64,000 bases of DNA from Welwitschia mirabilis. Taxonomy: Eukaryota. This document shows positions 24,561-38,809 of the stretch, piece after piece. Under the pieces are notes generated by a model that made no database searches, was not told the DNA's origin, and saw only the letters and a list, made by a program, of their open reading frames with translations. The translations under genes and the position numbers were made by a program. The first letter of the stretch is position 1. Every line of letters starts with the position of its first letter. The DNA is taken from contig JBOZIK010000001.1 in NCBI GenBank assembly GCA_051453625.1, forward strand, positions 16,166,988 to 16,230,987, in the 5' to 3' direction.

Positions 24561-26418
24561 AAAAACACAAAAAGTCATCATGCAAAAATAGGAAGATATG
24601 TCAAAAACATTGGATGAATGTGCAATAACGATTCCTGAAATAGATGAAAAACTATGAAAACTAATGAAAATAGGTCTTGTCCACTTTAAAAGTTGCATTG
24701 TATCCTAAATTGCTTGAACATAAGAGGAAAAATCAAAAAAGGTGAAAAATTAAAAAACTATATTTTTAGTGGACTCCACATGAAGTGAAAATTTGAAGTC
24801 CTCGAACGAAAAATCTAATTTGGCAAAGTCGTAGAACATGTTAAATTGATTAATTTTATTTAAAGGATCACTACAATTTGACCTATGGTTTGCAAGAAAA
24901 CAGATGCAAAAATGTAAAGCCTGAAAATACATTATAATAACAAAAATGATCATAACTCAAAAAATACATAGTAAAATTCAAATCCGTAAGTTCCAAAATG
25001 AAGAGAGCGAAAAACTGAAAGATATATGTGAAAATTGTAAATCAAAAGTTGAAAAAAAGGAGAAAAAAATGAAAAAACAAGAGGAGAGAGAAACATATCT
25101 CATTTTTGCAAATCTGATAAAATCTCATGAATCTGGAAAAGAAGTTGAGCGGGGTAAGTCATAAAATGCTAGTGCTATCCAGAGGGATCATTGTTTCTCA
25201 AAAGAATAGGTGAAAATAATGATCAAATAAGTGACAAATGAGGAAAAAGAGTTTAGGCTACAGTTTTATCACACTGTCATTCCGTCGTGTCATCTAGACG
25301 ATAGCCCTAGGACGACTCTCAGAAAAAATCAAACCATCATCTGCCCAGTGTTATCTGGATGACTAGGTGAATGATAGTGAATTAAAAAGATTTCAGAAAA
25401 AAAGTTAGCTAAAAAAATTAGGCTCAGATATAATTATTTTGAGTGATAGTCCTAAATAGAAAAAGACAGAAAACAGAAAATCACACAGAAAACCAAGAAA
25501 AATCAAGAAAACCTAAGGAAAAAGGACAAACACTCACAAAAGGAAAAAAACTATGGCTAAAGAAAATAGACTATTTAGATTGAAAACTATAATAAAAACT
25601 ACATAAATGTGCCTGAATAGAACATGAAAGAATGATAGATTTAGAACTCGATAACCTACAAGGAAATTCATAAAGGCTCGAAAAAGAAAAGATGTTCTAT
25701 AAAAAATTTACAAATGCATTTTGAGAAAAACATTTTTCATGATCGAAGAGCAAAAAAACTACTAAATGATTAAGGTTCTATGAATGATTAAGAAAATGCA
25801 AAAATGACTTTAAAACCTTAAACTTAAAAACCAAATGAAAACACAGTAAAAATGGATATAAGGAACAAGGAGAAGATTGTTTACCTATTCTAAGTACTAA
25901 TCTAGAAAACTCCTAAGGAAAAAATCATAACATTACTTGAGTAAATATGCATGATAAAATGTATTAACTTCATAAATTTTAAAAAAAAAAGGTAGTGGTT
26001 ATGGTGATAGTCAAAACTTCAAGTGTATAGAACAACGAATGTCAAAATTAAAAGTTACTTAAAAATGAACTCACCTGATTTCATCCCATAAACTCATCCC
26101 AATCTCCAAAAGTGAAATGATCAAGTGGAAATACTAAGATTTTATAAAACAAGCAATGCCTTTGATGATACTAGAAGAACCACTGATTCCTAACCTCAAA
26201 GTTTTATTTCTTTTTTCATGATGAGGGGAGTGCAACCACTATCAGAGAAGTAAGATTCTATGAATCCATGGCTAACTAACCCCCCAAGGAAGTTCCCATA
26301 ACTACCAATACTGCTAAATATTACTTTCAAAAATATTTACCCCAGTATAGTAGAACATCATAGTAACCATGTATTTTTCTTTGAAGTACAAAATACAATA
26401 GCTCATAGTTATTATTTC

Positions 26419-26422
26419 TCTC

Positions 26423-26460
<38 letters not shown>
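26419..26460. repeat. (CT)n microsatellite adjacent to a gap
   Basis: Direct reading. Confidence 0.95.
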
Positions 26461-26999
26461 NNNNNNNNNNATGGCCAACTAACCTCCCAGTGGAGTTCCC
26501 ACAGCTATTAATACTGCCAAAGGTTTCTTTTGGAAATATTTACCCTGGTGTGTTAGAACATCATGGTGACCATGTATATTTTTTTTAAAGCACAAAATAG
26601 AATAACTCATGATTATTTTTTTTTGTTGAAAAATTCCCACATGATCATATACTCAAAAAATATAACAGTAAATAAGTAAGATAAAAGATAGAAAAGAACA
26701 CTCTCAAATAATCCAAGACTTTAATAGCATTGAAAAAAATACAAGAAGCAAAGGCATCTCCTTTTAAATGAATTCCATAGACATGGAAATGTCTCAAGAT
26801 TGGGTGAATATAATATTATCACCTATAAATGCCCAAGTATAAAACTAATCATGAAACTTCATAAAGTAATACATAAGTCAAGGTGAAAGATGATCAGGTA
26901 ATATCATAATATTTAACTAAAGTTGAAAGCTAAGGAAAAACTTAGACAATGATAGAGAGGAAGTCCTTCTCACTGAGAAGAACCTCCAAAATAAGTGCT

Positions 27000-29900
27000 T
27001 CTACTATGTTCATGGTTGTATCTAAATATCCCTCATATAATTTTAACCATTGCCTATTAACCTTCTAAATCTCTTTAGTTTCTAAATCTAAAATTTTAAC
27101 TATGCCATTAAGATTTACTTTTTATACAAGGTAAGAACCTAACCATTTAGAGGTTAACCTGTTATTCAAAAAATGAAATCTAGTATTATATAACAAGATA
27201 AGTTGACTAGGTTCAAACTTTTTATGAAAAATCTTTTTATCATGTTTGAAGTTTGCTTGGGGTTCATGGATAAATTAATGATGTATGGCACTAGTTGTTT
27301 TTCATCAAGATGATCTAACTGGGATAGTTTATATTTAATATTTTCATCAAAATTCATAAGATTAAGTTGATAAGATATATGATAAGAATTATAACACACA
27401 TTAAGTAATAAGATATAAACTTTACCATATACAAGTTCATAAGATAAAAAACCAAGAGAAGTATGCCAAGTAGTATGACAAGATTAAAGTACATCATTAA
27501 GCTTAGAAACCCAAGAATTGTTATTAATAAAGACAAGTTTTTGGAGCATTTTGTTTATTTATCTATTAGAATTTTCAACTTGTCCATTACTTTGAGGATA
27601 GTAAGCGTAAGCTACTCTATGTTCTATACCAATGGATAGAAGAAGTTTTTAAAAATGCATTAATAAAATGAGTACATAATCACTAATGATAATTCTAGGG
27701 AAAAAAATCTCTAAAAGATATGAGTTCTAAGAAAATGACAAATAGTTCAGGCATCATTCAAAGAAGTAGGTATGGCTTCAAACCATTTAGTCATATAATT
27801 TATAGCCATTAAAAGGTAATTTTTATTAAAAGAAAGCAGATGAATAGGGTCTCTGAAATTAATACCTAAAAATCTAAAGGCTCACACTTAAGAATATGTC
27901 TAAGGAGCATTTTCTATTAATGAACAAGGCTACCATAACACTGACAAGAACCATATCTTGTAAGAAAATCAAACGAATCATGAAAATAGAATGACATTAA
28001 AAACTAGAATGGAGGATTTTCACCATAATTTTATGTCTACTAAAATGTCTTACACAAATATTACCATGATAAAGATTAATGATCTCAAGTATTTTCCAAT
28101 GTGGCATATATTTTCTCATAATTTGGTCTTTGCACCTATGGTACAAATTTGGCTTAATTCACTCATAGTCACCTATCCTATGAAGAAAATATTTGTGTTG
28201 ATTATAAGTCTAATATTGTGGTGTTTTCATGGTTACAAGATAGTTTACAATGTTGGCATATAATGGAGAAGGATAAGAAGAAGAGATAGTGAAAAGTTAC
28301 TTCTTAGAACAGGAATCATCAATGATAGCATCATCTAAAGGAGAAGGACATCAGGACAAATGATCAACAACATAATTATGCTTCCTTGCTTTATTTATAA
28401 TGGTTAAACTAAACTCTTACATTAGAAGGATTCATTTAATAAAACAGGCACTAGAATATTTTTTAGTCATAAGGTAATAAATGATAGCATGGTCGATGTA
28501 GACATTCATGTGAAAGCCTAAAAGATAATATCTAAGAGAATAAAGGAAAAAGATAATTGCTAGCATTTCTTTCTCTATAGTGGTATAGCTTATTTAAGAT
28601 CTAGATAAAGATTTGCTATGGTAAAATATAACTTTAAAATTGTTTTCATATTTTTGACAAAGAACTCCATCCATGACAAAGTTATTTGCATAATCTTAAA
28701 ATCAAGTTTTCAATAGGGTCTTGTCACTATAGGAGCATAAGATAATTTACATTTAAGCCTATCAAAATCAAGTTGATAAGATTCATTCCATTCGAATTTG
28801 GCATCTTTTTTCTAGTAACAAATAAAGTAGTTTACAAATAGAAGCATAATCATGAATGAACAAATGGTAAAAAACATAATAACTAAGAAAATATTGAATC
28901 TATTTAACATTTGTAGGGGGCCTAAGATTTTGAATAATACCAACTTTAGAAGCATCCATCCTAATCCCCTTTTGAGAGATATGATGACCTAAAACAATGC
29001 CACTCTCTACAAGAAAACGATTCTTTTCCCAACTCAAGTGGAGGCCACTAGAAATGCAATACTCTAAGAATTTTTCTAAATGATATAACATTTGTTTAAA
29101 AGTTTTAGTAAAAATAGAGAAGTCTTCCATGAAAATTTGAATGGAATCCTCAAGCATATCAGAAAATGTACCCATCATAGTATACTAAAAAAGTACCAAG
29201 AGCATTACAAAGTCTGAAAGGCATGCTTCTAAAATCAAAAGTATAGAAAGGAGAAGTGAAAGTAGTTTTGGATTGGCCTTTAATAGTAATGAAAACTAAT
29301 TATAACTACTATAATTATCAAGAAAACAATAAAAAGAATAACCCTAAATTCTATAAAGAATCTAACCAAGAAAGGGCATAGGACAGTGATATTTTTTGGT
29401 TATTGCATTTAGTTTTTGAAAGTCTATGCACATACACCATTTTCCATCCTTTTTAGAAATGACAATCAAGGGGCTAATCCACTCACTATTAGCAATGCAG
29501 TAAAGAATTTTAACATTCATAAGTTTTATTATTTCATCTTTTACAATTTGTTTAAGGGCTAGATTGAGTCTGCATTGGGGTTGCCTCATAGGTTTAGCAT
29601 TTTATTTGAGGTGAATTTTATATTATATAATAGAAGTAGGTATGGATTTCAAATTTTTATGGAACTAAGAAAACACATTTACCTTAGATTATAGAAGAGA
29701 TATGAGACTTAATTCTTATAAAGGAATAAGGTTTTTATTGATAATCAATTATTTTTTTAGGTTACTATTTAGAAAAATGTATTTTAGTCCACTGTACAAA
29801 GGTTTCATGTTCAAGTTTAAACTCAAAATTTTGGTTTTTGAAAAATTATTAGAAATAAATTGTGATCTCATATTGTCGTCTGAATATTAGTAGTGGATAA

Positions 29901-32170
29901 CTTCATTTAAAATAAGAAATCTCAAGTCTTCTAAATTCTCGGATTTCTGCACAGTTAATAGACTCAGACTCACTACTCTCTAGATTAGAAAACTTAGTTG
30001 TTAAATCGTTAAACTCAAGTTGACCATTAAAAACATAGAGATAGTCTACTTCTATTTTATTAGAAAACAAGGTTGATTCATAAAGCATGGAACATCTTTT
30101 CTCAAGTGGATAATGCTATAAAAATAGAGTTGGCCTAATTTTTTTCTCTAAACTCAAATTATTGCCTAAATCTTTTTTAGCCATATTAAACACTCTTATT
30201 GAAAATTCTTTATTCCCAAAATTGCACTTCATCAATTTGGTTCTTGTATCTATGATATAGTGGGCTATTACATAGAAAGCTCTATATAGAAGTAAAGGAT
30301 ATCCACTATGGTACTCCACTTTTAAAACAACTACATAAATGGGATAGCAGACTTCTTCTATTTGAATGATTAGATCCTTGATCATATCTAATAGTTTTTA
30401 ATAGAAGTATCAGATAACTCCAAGATAATGTGTATAGGTTCTATTCTTTTTTCTAAACTAAGATGTTGAAAAATGTGCAAGGGCATAATGTTGACACTAG
30501 CTCCAATATCTGTCAAGGCTTTCTTTATTCTGTAGTTTTTCTCTAAAGTAACACTCATGGTTGCGATCCCTAGATCTTTAAAATTTGAATATTTTTGGCA
30601 CACCAAATTACTAAGGATTAAGTGAGGAAGACTTTATTAATTATGGTTTATTTTTGTTTTCTTCTTATTAAGTCTTTGCATAGCTTCGAATATCTTAGGT
30701 TTTTTTGCAAAAGTTTCCAAAATGCCAAGTTAATGCTTTTAAATAATCATCAAAGATAGGATTTGTGTTAAGCCTATTAAGCCATTGGACAGAAAGTTTT
30801 TATATGAAGGATCTTTGTTTTTTTTTACTTAATGAAGAAGGGAAGGAATGGTTTTCTAAGATTTCTATGTCCTCTTCTTCATCATTCTTGTCATTTTTTA
30901 ATGTTGAAGCTTCATGGATAGGAGGAGTTATATTATTTCCACTTCTTGTTACAATATTAAAATAGTTTCTTTCTTCGTTAAAGTTTCGTAAATGTTTAGT
31001 AGTAAGAGACCCTTGTGGTCTTTGGTTGATAAGCATAGTTTGTTTAAAAATTCTCATAAGGTTTTCTATGTTGGTGTTTATCTTTTCTTAGCTTGTGTAT
31101 TTCTCAACTCTTCAATCAAATTCCTAAGAGGATAACTATGATTTTAGGAGTTGGATGGGCTTGCCAAGTTATTTGAGTTATTAAATTAAAATTTTAAGTT
31201 CTCAAATATATTTCTAAAAGGTTGGAAGTTAGAATAGTATATGTTTCAAAATTATTATAGTTTGGTTTTTAACTTATTCTATGTTAAAAGTTATTTTGAT
31301 TTTAGACTTATATTTGGTTGTGGTTTTAGTTGTAGTTCGAAGGTCTTTGGTTAAAGGCATAAATTTCCTTTTAGATTTTTTTTTTTTTTTTTGTAAGCAG
31401 AAAGCAAAGGATAATCTTTTATAACATGGTAGTTGTATTCCCATAAATCACAGGTCAAAAATAAAACACCACTCTTTTGGGTTGCTAATTTAGCATCAAG
31501 GATCATTTGGGTGTTTTTCTCTAAGATAGAGCTGAAATCATTAATGATACTAGTTGGTTTATTTTGGTTTTTATCTCATTCCTCTTATGTTTTACCTCTT
31601 TTAAATCTTTAATGATTTGGACTACAGTTTGGTTTTATGTAGGTGAGTTTTTATGCCATGTTTAACTCACTTCTACTAAATCTTCCAACACTTTCCAAGT
31701 ATCATCTAGGATTTGGTTCAATAAGTTACCTCCATAAAAAAAATCTATAAGTTGATTTGTATAACTATTTAATCCACTATAAAAATAGTCAACTAGTTCT
31801 ACTTGTGAAAAGGCATCTATAGGGTTTGAATGTAAAGCAACAAAGAATCTCTCATAGGAAAAGGCATAATCTTGATTAGGCATCTGTTGGAAGTTGGTGA
31901 CTTCTTTATTATACTTCTATATGATGGTTTCACTCATAAATCTCTTAATGAAGGATTCTTGAACTTGACTCTAAGATTTTAGGCTTTTGTAGGGAATCAT
32001 TCTAAGCCAGAGTTTTACTTTATCTCTCAAAGTGATGGGAAAGATGATCATGTAGCTTCTATTACTTATATGTTTTTTACCGTTTTTGAAAGTAAGAACA
32101 AGTTGTTCTATATTGTTAATGTGTTATAAAGGATCTCCATTAGATTTTCCACTAAAAAATAGAATACGAA
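27000..32170 (-). pseudogene. Decayed Athila-like gag-pol (gag, aspartic protease, RT, RNase H, integrase)
   Basis: ORF-track fragments: YFYSGLN...GGNLLN (gag 31662-31883), ALTDIGASVNIMP (protease), SEWISPLIVISKKDGKWCMCIDFQKLNAITKK and QIFMEDFSIF...LSWEKNRFLVESGIVLGHHIS (RT); integrase C-terminus LTSKWLGSYLV at ~27125-27160. Confidence 0.95.
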
Positions 32171-32622
32171 TTTAAGTTACAGAGTTCTACATCATCACTA
32201 AGAGGTAAGTCAAAGGAAGTTTGGATTTCACATTTCCCATTCACTATAAGATCTCTAAGAGTGATATGTGTATTGGTATAATAAGAAGTGGTAGTAGGAA
32301 TTCCAATGATAAAAGATGGATTAGTGAGATAGGATGACCATGTAGCTTCTATTACTTATATGTTTTTTACCATTTTTGAAAGTAAGAACAAGTTGTTCTA
32401 TATTGTTAATGTGTTATAAAGGATCTCCATTAGATTTTCCACTAAAAGATAGAATATGAATTTAAGTTATAGAGTTCTACATCATCACTAAGAGGTAATT
32501 CAAAGGAAGTTTGGATTTCGCATTTCCCATTCACTATAAGATCTCTAAGAGTGATATGTGTATTGGTATGAGAAGGAGTGGTAGTAGGAATTCCAATGAT
32601 AAAAGATGAATTAGTGAGATAG
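32043..32622. repeat. Near-identical ~290-bp tandem duplication in the gag 5' region
   Basis: GATGA(T/C)CATGTAGCTTCTATTACTTATATG begins at 32043 and 32333; the units differ by only a few substitutions. Confidence 0.9.
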
Positions 32623-33308
32623 GTTGTTTAAGCTTTTGGATTGAGTTGGACATGGTAGTAAAATTAGATTCTACATAAATAAAAGTGAAAATTATAGGAA
32701 TTTTAAAATCTTGCGTATCTTCACTATTTTTACCTATTTTAATTTCTAAATTTATCAAATATTCTCTAATATTTTTAGTAATTAACAGCCATTCTCTCTA
32801 TTATTTTTCTTTTTAACCAAATTTAACCATTTAAGCTCAGTCTTAGATGTGCACAATGCCATCCTTGCTATCTTCTAGATGATATCCTAAATACCACAAA
32901 CATAAAAACCACAAAAAAGGAAAAAGTAGAAAACAGAAATAAAATATTAACTTTGATTAAAAAAACTCAGAAAATAGATTGTCATCCGCCTAAGTTGTCT
33001 AGACAAGTAATCAGATGATGGGAGAAAAACTTAAAAATTTTAACAGAAGACTAAAACAGAAAACATATGGCACAAAGATCGTTGTTATCATGAATCATCT
33101 AGAGATGAAGTGAATGACTGACCTTTATTGTAAAATAGAAAAAAAGACTTTGATTTGAAAAATTAAAAAGTAAATCTGCAAAATGGAAAACCTACGCTAT
33201 TGGAGATACTATTATACCACTACTGTAGTGAGCATCTAAATCAAAATACTTACCGTAGTAATGAAAACTTTTGACTCCAAGTAGCCTTTCCTAATAACAA
33301 TTCCAAGA

Positions 33309-34349
33309 TGTTGCAGTGTGTATTTATGCAACATTTATGTCTTGAGTAGAATATTGTTAATCACAAATAACAATGCATAAACATAACACACTAATATAGA
33401 TGCGAATTGATCTGAATGTCGTAATTCATCAAAGGCCAAAGTAGGAAATAAGAGAATTGCTTTTAAAAGAGAAACACTAGTAATCTAATCTACATAAATA
33501 ACTTGCAATGCATAAAAATGAAATGAAATACACTTTTACAAAGCTTAATCTAGAAAAAGAAAACAATAATGTACTTAACCTAACTAACCAAGAACAACCA
33601 TGACAAAGGTTGTCCTCATAATCTATATCACAAAAGAAACTATCACTGGATCTCAAGCAACATAAGCTATAAGGAAGAAAAACATTCACACATTGAAGTA
33701 TTAAAAGAAAATGTTTTATATTAATATTGAAACTATATTTATATTACAAAGTAGCCACACCTTAATGGAGGAAATGCTACCCAATACCAAGTAAACTTAT
33801 CTCTAAAACAACAAGGTGGATCTTTGGCCCTTCAATCTCCTGTCATAAGAATTTCAAGTAAAAATGAAGACAAACAGGAGTTAAGGAGAAGATCTTTATT
33901 TATTGACTAAANNNNNNNNNNNNNNNNNNNNNNNNNNNNNNNNNNNGAATGTTTAGTATAGATATTATAACAATGTCATCTAGCTGATCGCCCAGATATA
34001 GAGGAGATGATGCCACCTCATAATCCATCCACATTAGCTACTAGTCATATCTCAGTCAACATTCAGTTGGACCATCATCTGTCTTGCCATCTAGATGATG
34101 TAGTGGATGATGGTCTTTAATAATTCTTCAGTCACTACATTAGCCTTGATGTTTGCAAGAACTTATCATTAGAAATACAAAGTATTTATATTTGTTCAGA
34201 ATGCTTGTGACTTATCATGAAGATTGCAAAATTTCCATCCTTTTTACCCTAGCTCTTCATTATCATGGAAACCAAGTATTTACTTGTCTGTTTACCTACA
34301 AATAAACTTAGAATACCCTATTAAGTATGCATAAGTTAGTAGCACAACA
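33309..34349 (-). repeat. Athila-like LTR (5')
   Basis: TGTTGC...GCACAACA inverted termini; adjacent decayed PBS. Confidence 0.9.
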
Positions 34350-36149
34350 AGGAATTTTTTTCATATCTTAAAATATGATAGGTCAATTCTATTATGGTTT
34401 TGGATGTTTTAAGGTATTTAGATTTAAGCTTGAAAGATATTTTGGATGCTTGATAAGCATTGGACATCCTAAATTAAAAGTTTGAATACTCATGATATGA
34501 AAAAAAGTGAAATAATAAGGTTATGATTACTTTGGGTTAAAATAAATAGGTAGATTTTTGGGCATATTTTCCATCATACTCATAAGATTTACTTCCTTTA
34601 AGAAAATGCTAAGTAGAATTCCTGGCATACCTTTTAGATTTAAGGCTAAAAATTTTCTAGATACAGTTACCATTACAATTTTGTTTGAAACCATTACTAG
34701 CACATAAGAATTAAGCATTATGGAGAAGGTTCTATTTTGAATCTATCTGTGATGAAAATATTTATACAAGATGAAACAACTAGAGATGACTTGCATCAAA
34801 ATGTTTTTCTTAATTCTTTTCATTGTAATCAAGGGATGCAAATGTACGTATTGAGGTGTGTAGATGTATCTATCCCACTAATGATTAGAAAACCTAGAGA
34901 TTTTTTAGTAATGACTTTTGAATTGATATAATCCTTCTTTATTTATCCTTATGAGGCTATTGTAGGCCCTTAGGGTGTCTCTTCTTGTAATAGTGGACTT
35001 ATTTCCATCTTTTAGTTCAAGAGCATAGAGCAAAGAACAAGTTGTTATTATTAGCATTTTCAGTGCTTAGAGATTGAAAGTGGATAGTGACAATAATGAC
35101 GGCTTAAAAATCATCACAAAGATCAAATTTTCATCATGTAATCATAGTTTTCCTGCATACATCCCCATCAACAGGTTTAGTAAGAAAATGGAAAAAAGAT
35201 CTATTTTCACATAAGGTATTAAAACAGGGGAACAGTGGTAGTAAACTAGAGGGAGAAGAATTTACTTCTTCATATTCTGTATTCTTACATATTTGAAGAA
35301 GAAAAGAAAACACATGAGTGATCCACAAAAGTGGAAGAAGGTGTAAAAAAACACCAAGACATGTAGTAGTGGGAGCTTTAAAAATAGGGACTCATCAAAA
35401 AATAAGGGACTTGAAGCAGAGAAAGGAGGAAGTAACTACACTTAACAAGTTGCTCTGTTGTCATTTTAGAAACTCTGGCTCATACATTCTCTCTATCTTT
35501 CTTTTTTCATTTTTCCTTATCTTTAGTTCATTTAGTTCAATCACCATGTTTTTTGTTTTCACTACCTCTACTGTGTTGGATATCATGTTGAAACCTATAC
35601 TTGATGGAGTTTTCATAACAACGAAAGATTAATTGGCCAATACTCTTAAAAAAACAAGGGAAAAGGGATGAATAGGGTAGAAAAGCTACTCAAGAAAGAA
35701 TCTCATTGCCTTTTCTCTCATCGTCACTCCACAAGTTTAAATTAAAAATACCAGCATAAGATTCACCCTTACCAGAATAAGGGCACATAGTTAGTCTATA
35801 ACTACAGCATAAATTGAACATCTATTACTATAACCCCTCTAAATAATTGTAATTCTTCTTTTCTTACTTCTCTAATTCCATTCAATACTTTCTTATCCTT
35901 CTAGTATGGCTGGTAAAGAATCCTTTTCTCAATTCTCTACTAAAAAAGCCTATGGGAATAATCTTTTCCTCATCTCTATAGTCGATTGTTTCTTTATTAG
36001 TTTCTAATTCTGAAATAGCATTTCATTTGTCTCCTTTAACACCTTTACCCACTACATTGGAGTTTCCTAGAATTGAATTAGAGTATTGTATGTGAACAAT
36101 AATAAAGTGTAGTGATAATAGCATGAATTCATTCTACCTTATGACTATT

Positions 36150-37544
36150 TGTGGGGATTGAGAATCCTAAAGGAGGGGTGAATAGATTATAAAATTTTTT
36201 TAAATAAACTTATAATAAAAACTTACTTAAAAGTATTACTAACAAACTTGTGCATAAAAATAAAAAATAAAAGTATTCATAATAATAAAACTAACAGAAA
36301 TCATAAAATATTAATCAAATGCATGCAAGTTTTACAGTGGTTTGAGAAATCTCCTACTCCACTCTAGACAATTAGCTTATCACCAAGCCTGATCTGGATC
36401 TTTATTAACTCTTTCAGGTATTGTAGGTTCACTTGTAATTTTTATACATAGACTTTTGCAGGCTAAGTCTTAACCTTTTGAATGGACTTTTGTAGGCTAA
36501 GTCTCAATCTTTCAACAGACTTTTTCAAGCTAAATATGAACCTTTTACAATGTGTAATAGTAATGATAGAATGCCTTGATTCACTAATATAACATGTTCT
36601 TTGGTATAATGATTGTAATGGATCTCCTATAGATGATAAAATAATGAAGTATAAGATCAAACCTTGAATGTACAGATACAACAGATGATAGATCATTCTA
36701 AGTCAGGAATATAATGCCAAAATGCTATAACAAAAATCACAAGCTTTAGTCCTTCAATAAAAAGTCAAAAAAAATCTTTCTAGTAATTTCTCTCTTGGCT
36801 ATTTATAATGGAAGGCTTTTAGAGTTTATTACAAGTAAAAATGCACTTCAAATAACTATAAATGACTATAAAATGGATACATAATGGATACATAGCAGAT
36901 ATAAAATTTCATTCCATTCTAACTAGTCAATACTTAAATGTTTGGTTAACTACTCCTGATGTCGTGACTTAAATAGGTCGCCTGAGTAAACTTTTTAATC
37001 ATTCTAGTTTCTTATAGCTCCATGTTCGGTCGATCCCTTAGGGTCCGGTCGACCCTTTATATGGTCGCCTACATATCTGTCCATTTGCCCACTCATCTTG
37101 ATAAAGATTCATTCCAATTTTCTACATCAGGTCTGGTCAACCCCTCAGGTGTCTAGTTAATCCCTCGACAATTGACTCAGGGATATCATATGCACAGTGC
37201 ACAGGTCTAGTCGACCCCTTAAACATTCAATCGACTCCTTGACAATTAGTTCAAGGATACTGATTCTCAGGTTCACAGGTCCAATTAACCCCTCATAATT
37301 CTAGTCAACTCCTTTTAATTTAGTTCAATTTTGAGAGTATGCTCTATGTGCGGTCAACCCCTTGAAAGTCTAATAGATCCCTTAAGAGGATAAGGGAACT
37401 TGACAAGTTTCTAGTGATCAAAATGTAACATTCCTAGCTTCATCATCTGACTTGCATGTGGTTAATATTTTTTACATAAGATATACAAAATTCACTTCAT
37501 AGAAAACATTATTTTTACATCAATTAGCAAAACATAATATATTA
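36150..37544 (-). repeat. Sirevirus-like 3' LTR
   Basis: Aligns end to end with 43267-44671. Confidence 0.9.
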
Positions 37545-38809
37545 ATCTTCCCCTATGACATTGATGGCAAACATTCCTTAGTTGTAAAAATATTAAAATT
37601 GAGAAAAATCCCCTTGACAAAATGCCTATTTAATTTTGCCAAAATATTGATCCTTTTAAAACCAAATGAAGACATTTTGATAATTTTAATTTTGTGCTAA
37701 AATAAAAATAATTTAATAAAAATAGTGTTTATGAGAAGTACCATTTTGATCATATAATATTTAACACTTTAATCATTGATAATTTAGAGTTCATTTTAAA
37801 TATAAGATAAACATCATTTAAATCCTTAAGATTTAACATATTAGAAAATTTATGTTCATATGGATATTTGAATTGCACTAATAAAGATTAAAACATAAAT
37901 CGAAAGCATAAAAACTAAGTACATTTTTATTGTATTAAGCATAAAGAGAAAAATACATCTAAAAGCATAAGAGAAATACAACTAATTCTTCCCCACTTTT
38001 GACATCAAGGATAAAGGAGAGAAAAACATGCTCAAGCAAAAATAGAGAACAAACATAATCATATAGAAAATATCAAAATAGATAATACAATTTCTATTTT
38101 ACAACTAACTTCTGCTCTGTGTTGCTAGCTTCCTCTGAAGTGGCCTCCAGGACTGAAAGGGTTTAGTGCCTAGGCTTTTATTCTAGTTGATTGATTACTT
38201 CTAGTTGACTAAATCATGGATCTAGTTAACTATCCTGCAATCAGCTAAAGAACGATGAGATAACCCCCAATTCATTTTTGAGATGAAGAAAAGTATCAAA
38301 ATTTAGGGGTTTAGTAAAACAATCTACTAATTATTGGGTNNNNNNNNNNNNNNNNNNNNNNNNNNNNNNNNNNNNNNNNNNNNNNNNNNNNNNNNNNNNN
38401 NNNNNNNNNNNNNNNNNNNNNNNNNNNNNNNNNNNNNNNAGCACCATTTGAATCATATAATATTTAACACTTTGATCATTGACAATTTAAAGTTCATTTC
38501 AAATATAAGATAAACATTATTTGGATCCTTAATATTCAACATATTAAAAGATTTAAGTTCATATGGATATTTGAATTACACTAAAAAAAATTAAAACCAA
38601 ATTAAAAGCATAAAAACCAAGTGGATTTTTATTTCGTTAAGCTAAGCATTATAAAGTAAAAGTGCTCAACAAGAGTAAACTACATCTGAAATCATAAGAG
38701 AAATACAACTAATTCTTCCTTTTTGACATTAATAATAAAGGAGAGAAGAACATACTCAAGAAAAAATAGAGAACAAACATAATCATATAGAAAATATTAA
38801 ATCAGATTC

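Larger units (their letters stand above)
18749..34349 (-). mobile_element. Athila-like Ty3/gypsy element (decayed) with three LTR copies and duplicated 3' region
   Basis: Homologous LTRs at 18749-19905, (gap)22059-22695 and 33309-34349, ending ...GTAGTGTAACA / ...GTAGCACAACA. PPT-like CCCCTC tracts follow 19905 and 22695. Decayed PBS TTCCTAATAACAATTCCAA precedes 33309. gag-pol lies on the minus strand. Confidence 0.9.

Noticed and set aside
35650-36110. Possible gypsy gag fragment on minus (MRKRLFP...REL)
   Set aside because: A single weak motif, with no boundaries or supporting domains.
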